A DNA stretch of 63,453 nucleotides, the filler included, from Octopus bimaculoides (lineage: Eukaryota): the NCBI RefSeq assembly GCF_001194135.2. It is 6 parts of 5 records of this genome, joined end to end, with 100 filler letters (N's around TTAATTAATTAA, not from the genome) between each part and the next. Parts side by side here need not be neighbours in the genome. Positions count along the whole stretch, not along the records: positions 22,618 to 30,607 come from NC_068987.1; positions 30,708 to 40,757 come from NC_068983.1; 4 more parts are not named here. One strand, 5' to 3'. The number at the start of each line of letters is the position of its first letter. Position 1 is the stretch's first letter. The notes beneath the pieces are model-generated. The model was not told the origin of the DNA, made no database searches, and was given only the letters and a program-made list of their open reading frames with translations. Shown here in pieces: positions 26,254 to 38,498 of the stretch. The translations under genes and the position numbers were made by a program.

Positions 26254-26292
<39 letters not shown>

Positions 26293-26949
26293 CTAACGTA
26301 CCCACTTATCCAGGCGCACGTATATACACATATATATATACACAAATATAATGACTGAAACTTTGATCATNNNNNNNNNNNNNNNNNNNNNNNNNNNNNN
26401 NNNNNNNNNNNNNNNNNNNNNNNNNNNNNNNNNNNNNNNNNNNNNNNNNNNNNNNNNNNNNNNNNNNNNNNNNNNNNNNNNNNNNNNNNNNNNNNNNNNN
26501 NNNNNNNNNNNNNNNNNNNNNNNNNNNNNNNNNNNNNNNNNNNNNNNNNNNNNNNNNNNNNNNNNNNNNNNNNNNNNNNNNNNNNNNNNNNNNNNNNNNN
26601 NNNNNNNNNNNNNNNNNNNNNNNNNNNNNNNNNNNNNNNNNNNNNNNNNNNNNNNNNNNNNNNNNNNNNNNNNNNNNNNNNNNNNNNNNNNNNNNNNNNN
26701 NNNNNNNNNNNNNNNNNNNNNNNNNNNNNNNNNNNNNNNNNNNNNNNNNNNNNNNNNNNNNNNNNNNNNNNNNNNNNNNNNNNNNNNNNNNNNNNNNNNN
26801 NNNNNNNNNNNNNNNNNNNNNNNNNNNNNNNNNNNNNNNNNNNNNNNNNNNNNNNNNNNNNNNNNNNNNNNNNTATATATATATATATATACACACACAC
26901 AGAGACACGTACAAATATATGTATGCAAGTATATACATATATCCTTCTG

Positions 26950-27005
<56 letters not shown>

Positions 27006-27290
27006 CCTACCTACCTACCTACCTACCTATATATATATAGACCACTTCATATATATAAGTAGATAGTGATGCAGAAACACGGAGAAGCCTAATATATATA
27101 ATATATATACACATTTAGATACACACCCTCCCAAAACCCAAACATCCCCCTCCACACACATACATATAGTATAGTTTATAGCTTAGAGACAGGTATTCTC
27201 TGTATAGAAAACACTTTGTAGCGTTCAAGAGATTTGATCTTGAACAGGTATAGGAGTAAATGTAAGGTAGGCAAGTCGATATACAAATAA

Positions 27291-27482
27291 TATTCTTTTC
27301 TACTCTAGGCACAAGGTCAGAAATTTTGTGGGAGGGGACTAGTCGATTAGATCGACCCCAGTATGCGACTGGTACTTAATTTATCGACCCCGAAAGAATG
27401 AAAGGCAAAGTCGACCTCGGCGGAATTTGAACTCAGAACGTAATGACAGACGATATACCCCTAATAAGTATTTCGCCCCGCG
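27291..27482 (-). mobile_element. SINE A, 5'-truncated
   Basis: tctaggcacaagg...tcgacctcggcggaatttgaactcagaacg. Confidence 0.85.
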
Positions 27483-27499
27483 ATATACATATGTACATA

Positions 27500-27637
27500 T
27501 ACTCTTTTACTCTTACTCTTTTACTTGTTTCAGTCATTTGACTGCGGCCATGCTGAAGCACCGCCTCTAGTCGAGCAAATCGACCCCAGGACTTATTCTT
27601 TGTAAGCCTAGTACTTATTCAATCGGTCTCTTTTGCC

Positions 27638-27640
<3 letters not shown>
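27500..27640 (-). mobile_element. SINE group C tail, interrupted by a (GTA)n(GTT)n array
   Basis: ttgtttcagtcatttgactgcggccatgctg...ttttgccgaa, then gtagtagta. Confidence 0.8.
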
Positions 27641-27694
<54 letters not shown>

Positions 27695-28167
27695 TTTGTT
27701 GTTGTTGTTGTTGTTGTTGTTGTCGTTATCGTTGTTGTTCTCGTATTCTTGTAGGTACAAATATCAGAGTACAAATGAAGTGGTAAGCCACTTGCCACTT
27801 AATAAACAAAGTGTTGAAGAAAACAACTACGAAAAGATTTGGAGTACAAACAGGGATCACAACTAAAATTTTTAGAATTATTTATGTATATATATCTTCT
27901 ATCTTTTACTTGTTTCAGTCATTGGATTTTCAGGATCGCCGTGTTACCGGGAACTATACCAACTCCAGTTGCCAGATGGTGGTGCAGGACAAACCCAAAG
28001 GCATACACACATACTTACGCATACGTCGAGTTTTTTCAGTTTTCGTCTTAGCAAATTCACTCATAAGAATTTAGTCAGCTCATGGCTATAGTAGAAAACA
28101 CAGAACTCAAGACCCCTGAATTGGGAAGTAAACTTATGGATGTGTATTTGTCTCTGTCTGTCTACGT

Positions 28168-28227
<60 letters not shown>

Positions 28228-28357
28228 NNNNNNNNNNNNNNNNNNNNNNNNNNNNNNNNNNNNNNNNNNNNNNNNNNNNNNNNNNNNNNNNNNNNNNNNN
28301 NNNNNNNNNNNNNNNNNNNNNNNNNNNNNNNNNNNNNNNNNNNNNNNNNNNNNNNNA

Positions 28358-28465
28358 AGAGAGAGGAGAGAAGAGAGAGGAGAGAAGAGAGAGGAGAGAA
28401 GAGAGAGGAGAGAAGAGAGAGGAGAGAAGAGAGAGGAGAGAAGAGAGAGACAGACAGAGACAGAC

Positions 28466-28529
<64 letters not shown>
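28358..28529. repeat. 14-bp purine repeat (aagagagaggagag)n followed by (GACA)n
   Basis: Direct reading. Confidence 0.9.
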
Positions 28530-28530
<1 letters not shown>

Positions 28531-28830
28531 GGTAGAGAGAAACAAACGAAAGAGAAATAAATCTGTGTCTGTTTTACTCATTCTTCTATAGACATTATAT
28601 ATACACTCGTGTTTCTGTATATGTATGCCCCTGTGCTTGTTATCAATACATTTCATTCTTTTCGCTGTTTGAGTTACTTTATCTATTTGGGTGAATATCT
28701 GGCCACCCATCCATCCATGTACCGACCCATCACCATTTATGTACCCATATACCGGCTTATTCATACACGTATTTCTCCATTTATCCACCCCTCCATTCTG
28801 CTCTGTAGCTGTTTAAATTACATACATATT

Positions 28831-28863
<33 letters not shown>

Positions 28864-28898
28864 GCATGTGTGTGTGTGAATANNNNNNNNNNNNNNNN

Positions 28899-28931
<33 letters not shown>

Positions 28932-28939
28932 TGTCACTA

Positions 28940-29099
28940 AAGTGACTAAAGGCACTAGTGAGCACCAGTATTGCTAGAAATAAGAGTCAAAACAATTCAT
29001 AGCCACGAGAAGCACTTATCTTATCCTCTTCGTGGCTATGACTTGTTTTGACTCTTATTTCTAGCAATACTGGTGCTCACTAGTGCCTTTAGTCACTTC
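28940..29099. repeat. Near-perfect 72-bp inverted repeat with 16-nt spacer
   Basis: Arms 28940-29011 and 29028-29099, one mismatch. Confidence 0.95.
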
Positions 29100-29660
29100 A
29101 CTGACATTTATATTTCTGTCTTTCGGTTGTAAATTGTGAATGAGCTACCATTATTATTATTATGTGTGTGTGTGTGTGTGTGTCTATCCATGTGTGTGTT
29201 TGTGTATCTATGTTTGTTAGTGTGTTTGTGTGTGAGTGTGTTTTTGTATGTATTGACTGACCTATTTAGACTGATATGTACAATAGACAGAATTATATTT
29301 GTGCCCGTTTATGTCTCTGCTTGTCTCTCTGTGCATTTGCTTCTGCCTGTTTATGTTACTTCTTTATCTAACATAAGTTACCATATTACATGTGCACCGT
29401 TCGCCTATTAGATGGCAACAGATGTATGAAATTATAAGGACAATGGAAAGAAAAATGTATACGCCACAACTCTCCTTCTTGTAACGCTTTGTATTTTCGT
29501 TCCCTGTAGACGCTCCCTTAGACATCTTCGGCTCCCAAACAACAATACCAACAATCTGAAGGGCAACGGTAGAAGTCTAACAATGTACTTACACCCACCC
29601 ACGGTGTAATAACCGAAGGGCTAAAGGACCAGACATGTAACAAAAGAACACACATATGCT

Positions 29661-29700
<40 letters not shown>

Positions 29701-29701
29701 C

Positions 29702-29759
<58 letters not shown>

Positions 29760-29899
29760 AGAGATAGATAGTTAAAGATTTATATATATACTCATATATG
29801 TGTATAGCAGTTGGAGAAACTAGCTCTCTTGAAACATGAATAGACACTTGAAATACAAAAATGGTAAAGAATATTCCAAGAATTGCACTACACTGCACA

Positions 29900-30450
29900 A
29901 TATTTCTATACCAAAATGCTGTTCCATACGTATTATCAACGAATGAACAAAAGAATGAATAACTTAAGTCGTTTGGATGTTTAGAAACCGAAGAAATGAA
30001 TTTCAACTTCTTTACTTCAGAAATTGTTCTCATTTAGAAGCACTGTGAATGTCTCGCTAGAAGTTTAGACTGAGTAGGAGTCTGCTCCAAGCCTTAGCAT
30101 TTCCAAATAATTTTCCCTAAAACTACTACTGTAACTTACAATTCTTTCCACAGGCCAGATTTTTCTTCAAACATCGATCTTGAAGAAATCAAGCTGGTTA
30201 CAGACCACATCAATTTCATCAGATTGTAAGAGCCTCAAAACTATAAAGATGTAAGGCATACAACAACTACGGAATATAATATATTGCATGATATTCTCCT
30301 TATAGCGGAGCTTTCGTCTTTCAGACAAGCTTAGCCTCTCCTGATATATAATTTTACTGTAGTACACTGCATAAATTATACAAAAGTCCATGGTTATTTC
30401 AAGTGCAGTATTCGCTTTCCTAATACAGCATTCACGTGAAGTTGAATATA
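29900..30450 (-). pseudogene. Highly degenerate LINE RT C-terminal region
   Basis: IRKANTAL...LSLSERRKLRYK...QLDFFKIDV*RKIW resembles the RIxKAxxAF...LSLxTKxKxYK...RLxxFxxRxLRKI pattern after the LINE RT domain. Confidence 0.45.
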
Positions 30451-30573
30451 AAGGTTGCCTTGTAGATTTGTATATCTACATACATACATAAATACATAAA
30501 TACATACATACAAACTTATGCCAATAAATATGTGTTTGCATGTATATATGTGCATATATATGTGTGTGTTTGC

Positions 30574-30607
<34 letters not shown>

Positions 30608-30707
30608 NNNNNNNNNNNNNNNNNNNNNNNNNNNNNNNNNNNNNNNNNNNNTTAATTAATTAANNNNNNNNNNNNNNNNNNNNNNNNNNNNNNNNNNNNN
30701 NNNNNNN
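30608..30707. other. Artificial scaffold spacer
   Basis: N44-TTAATTAATTAA-N44. Confidence 0.95.
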
Positions 30708-30730
30708 TATATATATATATATATATATAT

Positions 30731-31030
30731 GACGGGCTCTGCCGTCGAAGACAACGAATGAGCGTTAAGCTTTTTTGCCGAACGACCTGCACAACTGATT
30801 TGTTTATAGTGAGCAAATGTATATGCTATACATTAGATTGCTCTGTCCTTCAAACTGACGTTTCCTGAACAGGTGCACTGTGTACCACGAGTCGGAGGCC
30901 AAAGTAATTGCAGAGCAGCATGACATGATGTGTTTTGCTCAAGAACGCAACGCGCCACCCGGACTAGGAATTGAAACCACGATCTCACGATCGCGTGTGC
31001 AACACCCTAACCACTAGGTCATGCGCCCTC
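30731..31030 (-). mobile_element. tRNA-derived SINE with E-type head and a different body
   Basis: ttgctcaagaac...ggaattgaaaccacgatctcacgatc...accactaggtcatgcg. Confidence 0.65.
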
Positions 31031-31132
31031 ACACTCACACACACACACATATATATATATATGTATATATGTGTGTGTATGTATATATATATTCTGCACT
31101 CATATGACTCAATTATTATTCAGTTATTTCAC

Positions 31133-31320
31133 GTTACGTTCTGAGTTCCAATCTCGTTGGGGCTGAATTTATCTTTCCTCCTTCCGGTGTCAATAAAGTC
31201 ATTACTAGTAGACGATTAAATCGACTTACCCCCACCCACCACAGATACACTCCCCCCATCCCTCCCACTCCATCTCAAAATTGTGGCTTTGTGCCAAAGT
31301 TAGAAACCATTATTATTATT
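31133..31320 (+). mobile_element. Degenerate SINE A
   Basis: cgttctgagttccaat...ggctttgtgccaaagttagaaacc(att)n. Confidence 0.65.
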
Positions 31321-31384
31321 TTAGACCTGTTGCACAGGATTTCCTTTCACACTTAAGCTCGACCTAAAATATTATCTGCTTTGA

Positions 31385-31607
31385 CAGTAATGATGATAAT
31401 AATGGTAGTAGTGGTGGTAGTAGAAGCAGCAGTAATCATGATGATAATAATGATAATGACGACGACAAGAAGAAGAAGAAGAAGAAGAAGAAGAAGAAGA
31501 AGAAGAAGAAGAAGAAGAAGAAGAAGAAGAAGAAGAAGAAGAAGAAGAAGAAGAAGAAGAAGAAGAAGAAGAAGAAGAAGAAGAAGAAGAAGAAGAAGAA
31601 GAAGAAG

Positions 31608-31672
<65 letters not shown>
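31385..31672. repeat. Compound trinucleotide array: (TGA/TAG)n, (AGA)n, (ACA)n
   Basis: Direct reading; explains the poly-R, poly-L and poly-F ORFs. Confidence 0.95.
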
Positions 31673-31689
31673 ATTGTTTTGCGAAGCTA

Positions 31690-32300
31690 GCAGAGTCTAA
31701 TTGGATCCCCTTATTCAATCCGTACGAATTTTCTCTCAAGACATCCAGATGACATTTGGGATAGAGGAATGCGTTGTTTTTGAACTGAAGAGAGGACGAA
31801 AAGTAAACAGCAGTAGAGTACAACTTCCAGATGAGAGAAGTCAACAGAGAGGGTTACAAGCACATTGGTGTTTTACAACTAAGCCTGATATTGAACACCA
31901 AGATGAAGGAGAAAATTTCTTCTGAATATACCAGAAGAGTTAAAAAGCTATATAGGTCTTAACTACATGGAGTGAATCTGATTAAAGGCACCAACACGTG
32001 GGCTCTAGGTGTTTTACGTCACTACACTGGATTTGTAGAATGGACAAAGGAAGAACTTTTCAACATGGATACAAATACTAGGGAAGTAACGGTTAATCGT
32101 GGATCCCTTCGTACTAGAAGTAACGTAGCAGGCTTTACTTACCTAGGAAGGAAGGTGGAAGAGAACTGGTTGGAATAGAGGGTAGCGTTGTGAAGGAGCT
32201 CAAATCCTTTCATGCCTTTCTGAGGAAAAGTGATAAAAGAATCTTGCGGACTGCACTGAGTGAGAAGGTGATCAGTGACAATGGTGAAATCCTCCATCAG
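31690..32300 (+). pseudogene. R4/Dong-like (RLE-type) non-LTR retrotransposon fragment
   Basis: IFSQDIQMTFGIEEC, GYKHIGVL, NLIKGTNTWA, WTKEEL..MD, RLYLPRKEGGR across frameshifts. Confidence 0.8.
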
Positions 32301-32309
32301 TACAGTATG

Positions 32310-34944
32310 AGGGCTTATACAAAATGGAAAGCAGTCACGGTGGAGTTGCGTTGTGCATCCGTGAAGATGTCACACCCGCTAACCCAGTCACACCACTAAC
32401 CCTACAACTTGATGTCGTAATATGCACATTATATCGCCCACCTGATGCCTCAAATCATGATCGTACATTTGAGGAAAGCCTCACAACGATAAAAGAAGTA
32501 CTAACAAAACAAGATCAAAGCGTTAATATACTTCAGATGGGTGACTTCAACGTCCCCAACATCAGATGACTTGACAGTGACATAATCTCTGGAATAACAC
32601 GCAAAGAGCGCAATGAAGCATAATCTCTACTTGATTTCACAAAATCTTGTTCATGGTGCAACCAATACTCTCTTCACCAGGAATGATAACATATCAGATC
32701 TCTGTTTCCCCAACAATATAGGTATCATCCACAACGTGATAGAACTGACAATGTATGGTCCAAAACCAATTGATGATGAATTCCATACAGACGGAATCCA
32801 AACTCTGTCCAGACTGAACTTCTACACGGTTGCCTGGAAGTCAATCGAAAAGGGGATTATCCAGCAAAATTAGTTTAAAAGTATCTCTACGCAAGTCATT
32901 GATATAAAACTTATAATGCATGCTATATCCGTTAAATTTGTCTCAGAAAAGATAGCAACTACATGCAAGACAGAATAAAGATTTCCAATCGCTTAAATGG
33001 ACAACATAATGACTGCGAAAAATCCCTCCTGAAAGAGGTGCTTCCAGAGATCGAAAATAAACTCAAATTCTCCCATGAAAAGGAAAAGGTACAAAGAGAA
33101 AACAGGGCAGCGGAAAATATTAAAATAATCCCAAAGCCTTCTACAAGTTAGCGAAAGAGTCTACCTCGGTGCACTACAAGATAGAGCCATTATTTGAAGA
33201 AGACGGTTCGCTAACTGCGGTCCCAAGAGGATAAGTGAAGTGCTAAATAAACAGTTCCAGAGTGTCTTCATCTCTTCACTGGAACACATGCAATAAGCGA
33301 CCCTAAAGAGTTCTTCAACACTGCATACCTACACAGGAAAAGGCGACCATCGACTAAATCAACATAAAAGAGGAAGGTGTAATATCAGCCATTGGTGAGA
33401 AGAGCTCAAACTCAGCAACGGGCCCAGGTACAAGTCAGGCTATTCTCCTAAAAACGTGCAAGAAAGCTCTTGCAAAGCCACTACAGATAGTTTTTCAGGG
33501 TTTCCTTGCATGTGGCAAACTTCCCAAACTGTTAAGGGAGGTATCATCTGCCCTGTCCATAGAAGAGGCAGCAGAACAGATGCTATAAATTACAGTCCTA
33601 TCTCTCTGACTTCACATATTAGCAAGGTCATGGAATACATTGTCAGAAAGAGATTGATTACGTTCCTGGAAGAGAATAACTTGCTCGAAAACACAACATG
33701 GTTTCCTCCCAGGAAGGAGCTGCTTCACACAGCTACCACAACATTATGACTGGGTACTGAAACAGCAGCTCAGCTACTCAACTGTGGATGTGATATATCT
33801 TGACTTTGCCAAGGCCTATGTCCAAGTCGATCATGGGATGATATGTCACAAACTACGTGACCGTGATATCATTGGAAGACACAAATCAGACAGTTGTAGC
33901 CAATGGTGCTCTCTCCGGGTAGACATCAATCCGCAGCGGAACTCCTTAAGGAACTGTACTAGGACCACTACTGTTTGTGATGGCTCTCTCAGACATTCCC
34001 TCAGTCGTACAGTCAACCTCTCTCACCAGCTAGACAGATGACACAAAAGTATCACAGGCGATCAAGGACCCTGATAACATAGTAAAACTACAAAACGACC
34101 TGCACGTAATATACAAGTGGATTGAGAAAAATAACATGCAATTCAATACTGATAAGTTTCAAGTACTTCGCTTTCGGCCCACAGACATACTACAGTCGGA
34201 ATACGTAGGACTATGGAGTTGTGCAATCCCAGCGTTAGAATCTGTGCGTGACCTGGAAGTTTACCTGAATAATGATACAAGATTCCATGTGCATATTACC
34301 AAGATGGCAACGTTGTGCAAGCGAGTAGCTGGATGGATGCTGAAATCATTCAGAGCCAGAAATAAGGATAGCTTTTGTTCTGTCGTCTGGATTACTGTTC
34401 CCGACTGTGGTCATCGCAGAGCTTGAAACTGGTGCGGAAATTGAAGCAATCCAGCGTCACTCCACAAAGATTGACTCGGTGACGCAGATGAGATATTGGT
34501 AAAGGCTAAAAGACCTGATTCTCTCCCTAGAAAGAAATGCAGTGATATACATATGGAAAATCCTGAAAGGTCTAGCTCCCAACTTTGGAATTAAAAGCTA
34601 TACCAACCACAGAACCAGATGCTACTGCACAATACCAAAGATCCCTTCTTCTCCAGCTCGAATAAGGAGCCAATACTGCAACAGCTAGGGTGTCAGGGGA
34701 CCACAACTGTTTAACATCCTGCCAAACAACCTCATTATTTACGATGTGTAGATGTGGAGACCTTCAAAAAGCATCTGGTCAAAGTTTTATCTGAAATCCC
34801 AATTGAATCCACCACGAGGCATGAGGCACAAAGATGAGCGGTTCCGTCCACCCGCTTCTTCATCTTCGTATAGAAACGAAGCCCAAATACACTGAAAGGC
34901 GAAACTCCAGTATGGCTCCAGCCTTTGGGTGAAACTTGTAAAAG
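32310..34944 (+). mobile_element. CR1-like LINE, decayed: AP endonuclease, RT and 3' tail
   Basis: GGVALCI, YRPPD, GDFNVP; NYSPISLTSHISKVME, DVIYLDFAKAY, MQFNTDKF; ends at a (GATA)n array. Confidence 0.88.
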
Positions 34945-35024
34945 ATAGATAGATAGATAGATAGATACATACATACATACATACATACATACATACATAC
35001 AATCATACATACATACATACATAC

Positions 35025-35136
35025 ATGTGAGCATACAGGTGCAAAACAGGAGGAGAAAGTAGTACTCGAATACCGATGGTAGAGTAAAGTATTATTTTAT
35101 TAAGGCTGGAAACATCTTCACAAACTGTTACTCAGT
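35025..35136 (-). mobile_element. Second copy of the repeat carrying the 60.35-kb hammerhead, cut by gap
   Basis: Reverse complement tgagtaacagttt...tactctacc..ggtattcgagtact matches 60381-60490. Confidence 0.7.
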
Positions 35137-35791
35137 NNNNNNNNNNNNNNNNNNNNNNNNNNNNNNNNNNNNNNNNNNNNNNNNNNNNNNNNNNNNNNNN
35201 NNNNNNNNNNNNNNNNNNNNNNNNNNNNNNNNNNNNNNNNNNNNNNNNNNNNNNNNNNNNNNNNNNNNNNNNNNNNNNNNNNNNNNNNNNNNNNNNNNNN
35301 NNNNNNNNNNNNNNNNNNNNNNNNNNNNNNNNNNNNNNNNNNNNNNNNNNNNNNNNNNNNNNNNNNNNNNNNNNNNNNNNNNNNNNNNNNNNNNNNNNNN
35401 NNNNNNNNNNNNNNNNNNNNNNNNNNNNNNNNNNNNNNNNNNNNNNNNNNNNNNNNNNNNNNNNNNNNNNNNNNNNNNNNNNNNNNNNNNNNNNNNNNNN
35501 NNNNNNNNNNNNNNNNNNNNNNNNNNNNNNNNNNNNNNNNNNNNNNNNNNNNNNNNNNNNNNNNNNNNNNNNNNNNNNNNNNNNNNNNNNNNNNNNNNNN
35601 NNNNNNNNNNNNNNNNNNNNNNNNNNNNNNNNNNNNNNNNNNNNNNNNNNNNNNNNNNNNNNNNNNNNNNNNNNNNNNNNNNNNNNNNNNNNNNNNNNNN
35701 NNNNNNNNNNNNNNNNNNNNNNNNNNNNNNNNNNNNNNNNNNNNNNNNNNNNNNNNNNNNNNNNNNNGATGAATGCCACTACTTCATATAT

Positions 35792-35841
<50 letters not shown>

Positions 35842-36530
35842 TTCTCTCTCTCTCAATCTATCTATCTCCTTTTCTATCTATCAATCTCTGTCATTGTCTG
35901 TTATTCCCTCTTTCATTTACCGTTGGTATCGATATCTGGCTATCTGAAGGTATTCTTATCAATGTCTAATACTACGATACTCAAGTAACTCTACCCATTG
36001 TGGAGTATTGATTAATAGTATTAAATTAAACCACCACCACTACCAAGATCACCATCACCACCTCAATCACCACCATCGCTGCCGCCACAACTGTTCGTGT
36101 ATGAATGTCAGCACTGCCTCCAATTAGAACCGTTATGACGTCATCATGCTACCTGTGGGGTTACATATAAGTCGGATATGCTGGTGTAGATGGTGGTGGT
36201 GGTGGTGGTATGTTTGTTAATGAAGTATATGGAAAGTCTCTTCGGCACAAAGCCAGTCTGACTTGTCCTACACTAGAGTTAGCTCTGTGTATGTGTGTGT
36301 GTGTGTGTGTATGCGAGTGTGTATATGGGTGTGTGTGTCTGTGTCTGAGTGTGCGTGTGCGCGTCTGTATGGGGCGCAGTTATAAATGAAAGATATAATG
36401 CAAATAGTGTAGGTGGGTGCGTAGTGTGGTGGTGAGTGGTGAGTGGGAGAGAGTATGGATATGTATGGTTTTTTTGTGATGGTGTCGTGTGGTATTATGT
36501 ATACACAGATACACATAAGCATATATATAC

Positions 36531-36815
36531 ACTTTAGTGAATGCACATGGCTTAGTGGTAAGAGCGTCGGGCTCATAATCATGAGGTAGTGAGTTTGATT
36601 CTCAGATCGGGCTATGTATTGTGTTTTTTAGCAAGACACTTTAATTCACGTTGCTCCAGTTCACTCACCTGTAGAAATGAGTTGCGACGTCACAGGTACC
36701 AAGATGTATCGGCCTTTGCCTTTCCCTTGGTTAACATCGGTGACGTGAAGAGGGGGAAGTTGGTATGCATGGGCGACTGCTGGTCTTCCATAAGCAATCA
36801 TGTCTGGACCCGATA
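36531..36815 (+). mobile_element. tRNA-derived SINE group E
   Basis: ggcttagtggtaagagcg...agcaagacacttt..ttcacgttgctccagttcactca; reverse homolog at 62660-62941. Confidence 0.85.
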
Positions 36816-37179
36816 TACGTATGGTCCAGGACACAATGTTATATGAGTATAGAGTGGTTATAGAAATCAAAGAGATAATACCGGGAAAAAAACCAAACGT
36901 TATGTAATGAACTTCATTAGCTAACCTCTGTTTCTGCTATATTATGTGTTAGACTCTTTCTTGAGTACCAGGATAACATCCAATAGTTTCATCAGAGCCT
37001 TGAATATGAAGCTCACTTTATTCGGGAAAGTTACGTTTTCAGAACATACAGGCGTTATGAGTAAAAAAGTTTATGTTGGTGGTTATGGAAAGTTCTATCC
37101 CATGGTAGAAGAATGTATTCAAATATATGCATGTGCTTTGGGTAGAATTAAAAGGGAGATATATCGGTAGACGCGTACA

Positions 37180-37542
37180 CACGGTCGTATGCATATATAT
37201 ATAGGCATATGCATGTATATACACGCTTATATATATATATATATATATATCCTTTGTGTTTTTGTTGTTATTTTTTGCATTTACAATTTTTATATATATA
37301 TATATGTATATATACACATATAATACAAATAATATGTGAGTATATGCATATATACGTACATGTATGTACATACCTACATCTACATGTATATATAGATGCA
37401 TATCTGGGTACAGGACGTCAAAAAAAACGTGGACAAAATGAAAAACAGAACATAAACAGAGCACAGAAAACAAACAGGCCACATAGAGAATATTTCTTTC
37501 ATCAGCTGCCCCTATTCTAAACTAAGCGTTTCGAAGAGTTAG
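37180..37542 (-). mobile_element. Permuted-hammerhead repeat, copy 2; cleavage-site strand lies in the gap
   Basis: Minus strand ctcttc-GAAACGC-ttagtt-tagaatag-gggcag-CTGATGA-aaga. Confidence 0.7.
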
Positions 37543-37846
37543 NNNNNNNNNNNNNNNNNNNNNNNNNNNNNNNNNNNNNNNNNNNNNNNNNNNNNNNNNN
37601 NNNNNNNNNNNNNNNNNNNNNNNNNNNNNNNNNNNNNNNNNNNNNNNNNNNNNNNNNNNNNNNNNNNNNNNNNNNNNNNNNNNNNNNNNNNNNNNNNNNN
37701 NNNNNNNNNNNNNNNNNNNNNNNNNNNNNNNNNNNNNNNNNNNNNNNNNNNNNNNNNNNNNNNNNNNNNNNNNNNNNNNNNNNNNNNNNNNNNNNNNNNN
37801 NNNNNNNNNNNNNNNNNNNNNNNNNNNNNNNNNNNNNNNNNNNNNN

Positions 37847-38034
37847 AGAGTTAAGGAATGAAGCACATAAGATCTGGGCTACATATGTTTTATAGCGAGC
37901 GGAACCTCGGAAGTGGTAAACAGCCAAGTGCGGTGTATACGGCAGGCTACACATTAGGCCAACGGTATCTAATGAGTTTTTACACCAACTTATTTTATGT
38001 AGCCTGGATCTTATCTACTCCATTCCTTAACTCT
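37847..38034. repeat. Foldback/MITE-like element with about 38-bp imperfect inverted arms
   Basis: 37847-37884 versus 37997-38034, 5 mismatches. Confidence 0.7.
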
Positions 38035-38139
38035 TATAGTCTTATTCACATACCGTAAAATATAAAATCTACAACCTTCCGCCTCAATAAACCACTATCG
38101 CTGCTGAAAGTTAATTTTTATATTTACTACGGACTACAA

Positions 38140-38498
38140 CCTTGCTGGAGCACCGCCTTTAGTCGAGCATATCGACCCCAGGACTTATTCTGTGTAAGCC
38201 TAGTACTTATTCTATCGGTCTCTTTTGCCGAACCGCTAAGTTACGGGGACGTAAACACACCAGAATCGGTTGTCAAGTGATGTTGGGGGACAAACACAGA
38301 CACACAAACACACATACATATATATATACATATATATGACGGGCTTCTTTCAGTTACCGTCTACCAAATCCACTCACAAGGCTTTGGTCGGCTCGAGGCT
38401 ATAGCAGAAGACACTTGCCCAAGGTGCCATGCAGTGGGACTGAACCCGGAACCATGTGGTTGGTAAGCAAGCTACTTACCACACAGCCACTCTTGCGC
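38140..38498 (-). mobile_element. Complete composite SINE C/D (head, CORE-like segment, internal microsatellite, body, tail)
   Basis: Continuous alignment to 55390-56258 and 56500-56890. Confidence 0.88.

Noticed and set aside
30154-30225. 72-bp phase 2-2 exon candidate with a good acceptor, translating to LRR-like PDFSSNIDLEEIKLVTDHINFIR
   Set aside because: The canonical Asn is Asp, no other LRR exons occur in the window, and the opposite strand is better explained as a decayed LINE. RNA-seq junction reads would overturn this.
30167-30391. Minus ORF superficially like GPCR TM5-TM6 (YSKI...CCMPY)
   Set aside because: TM6 is not hydrophobic enough, a stop follows, and the LINE C-terminal pattern fits better.
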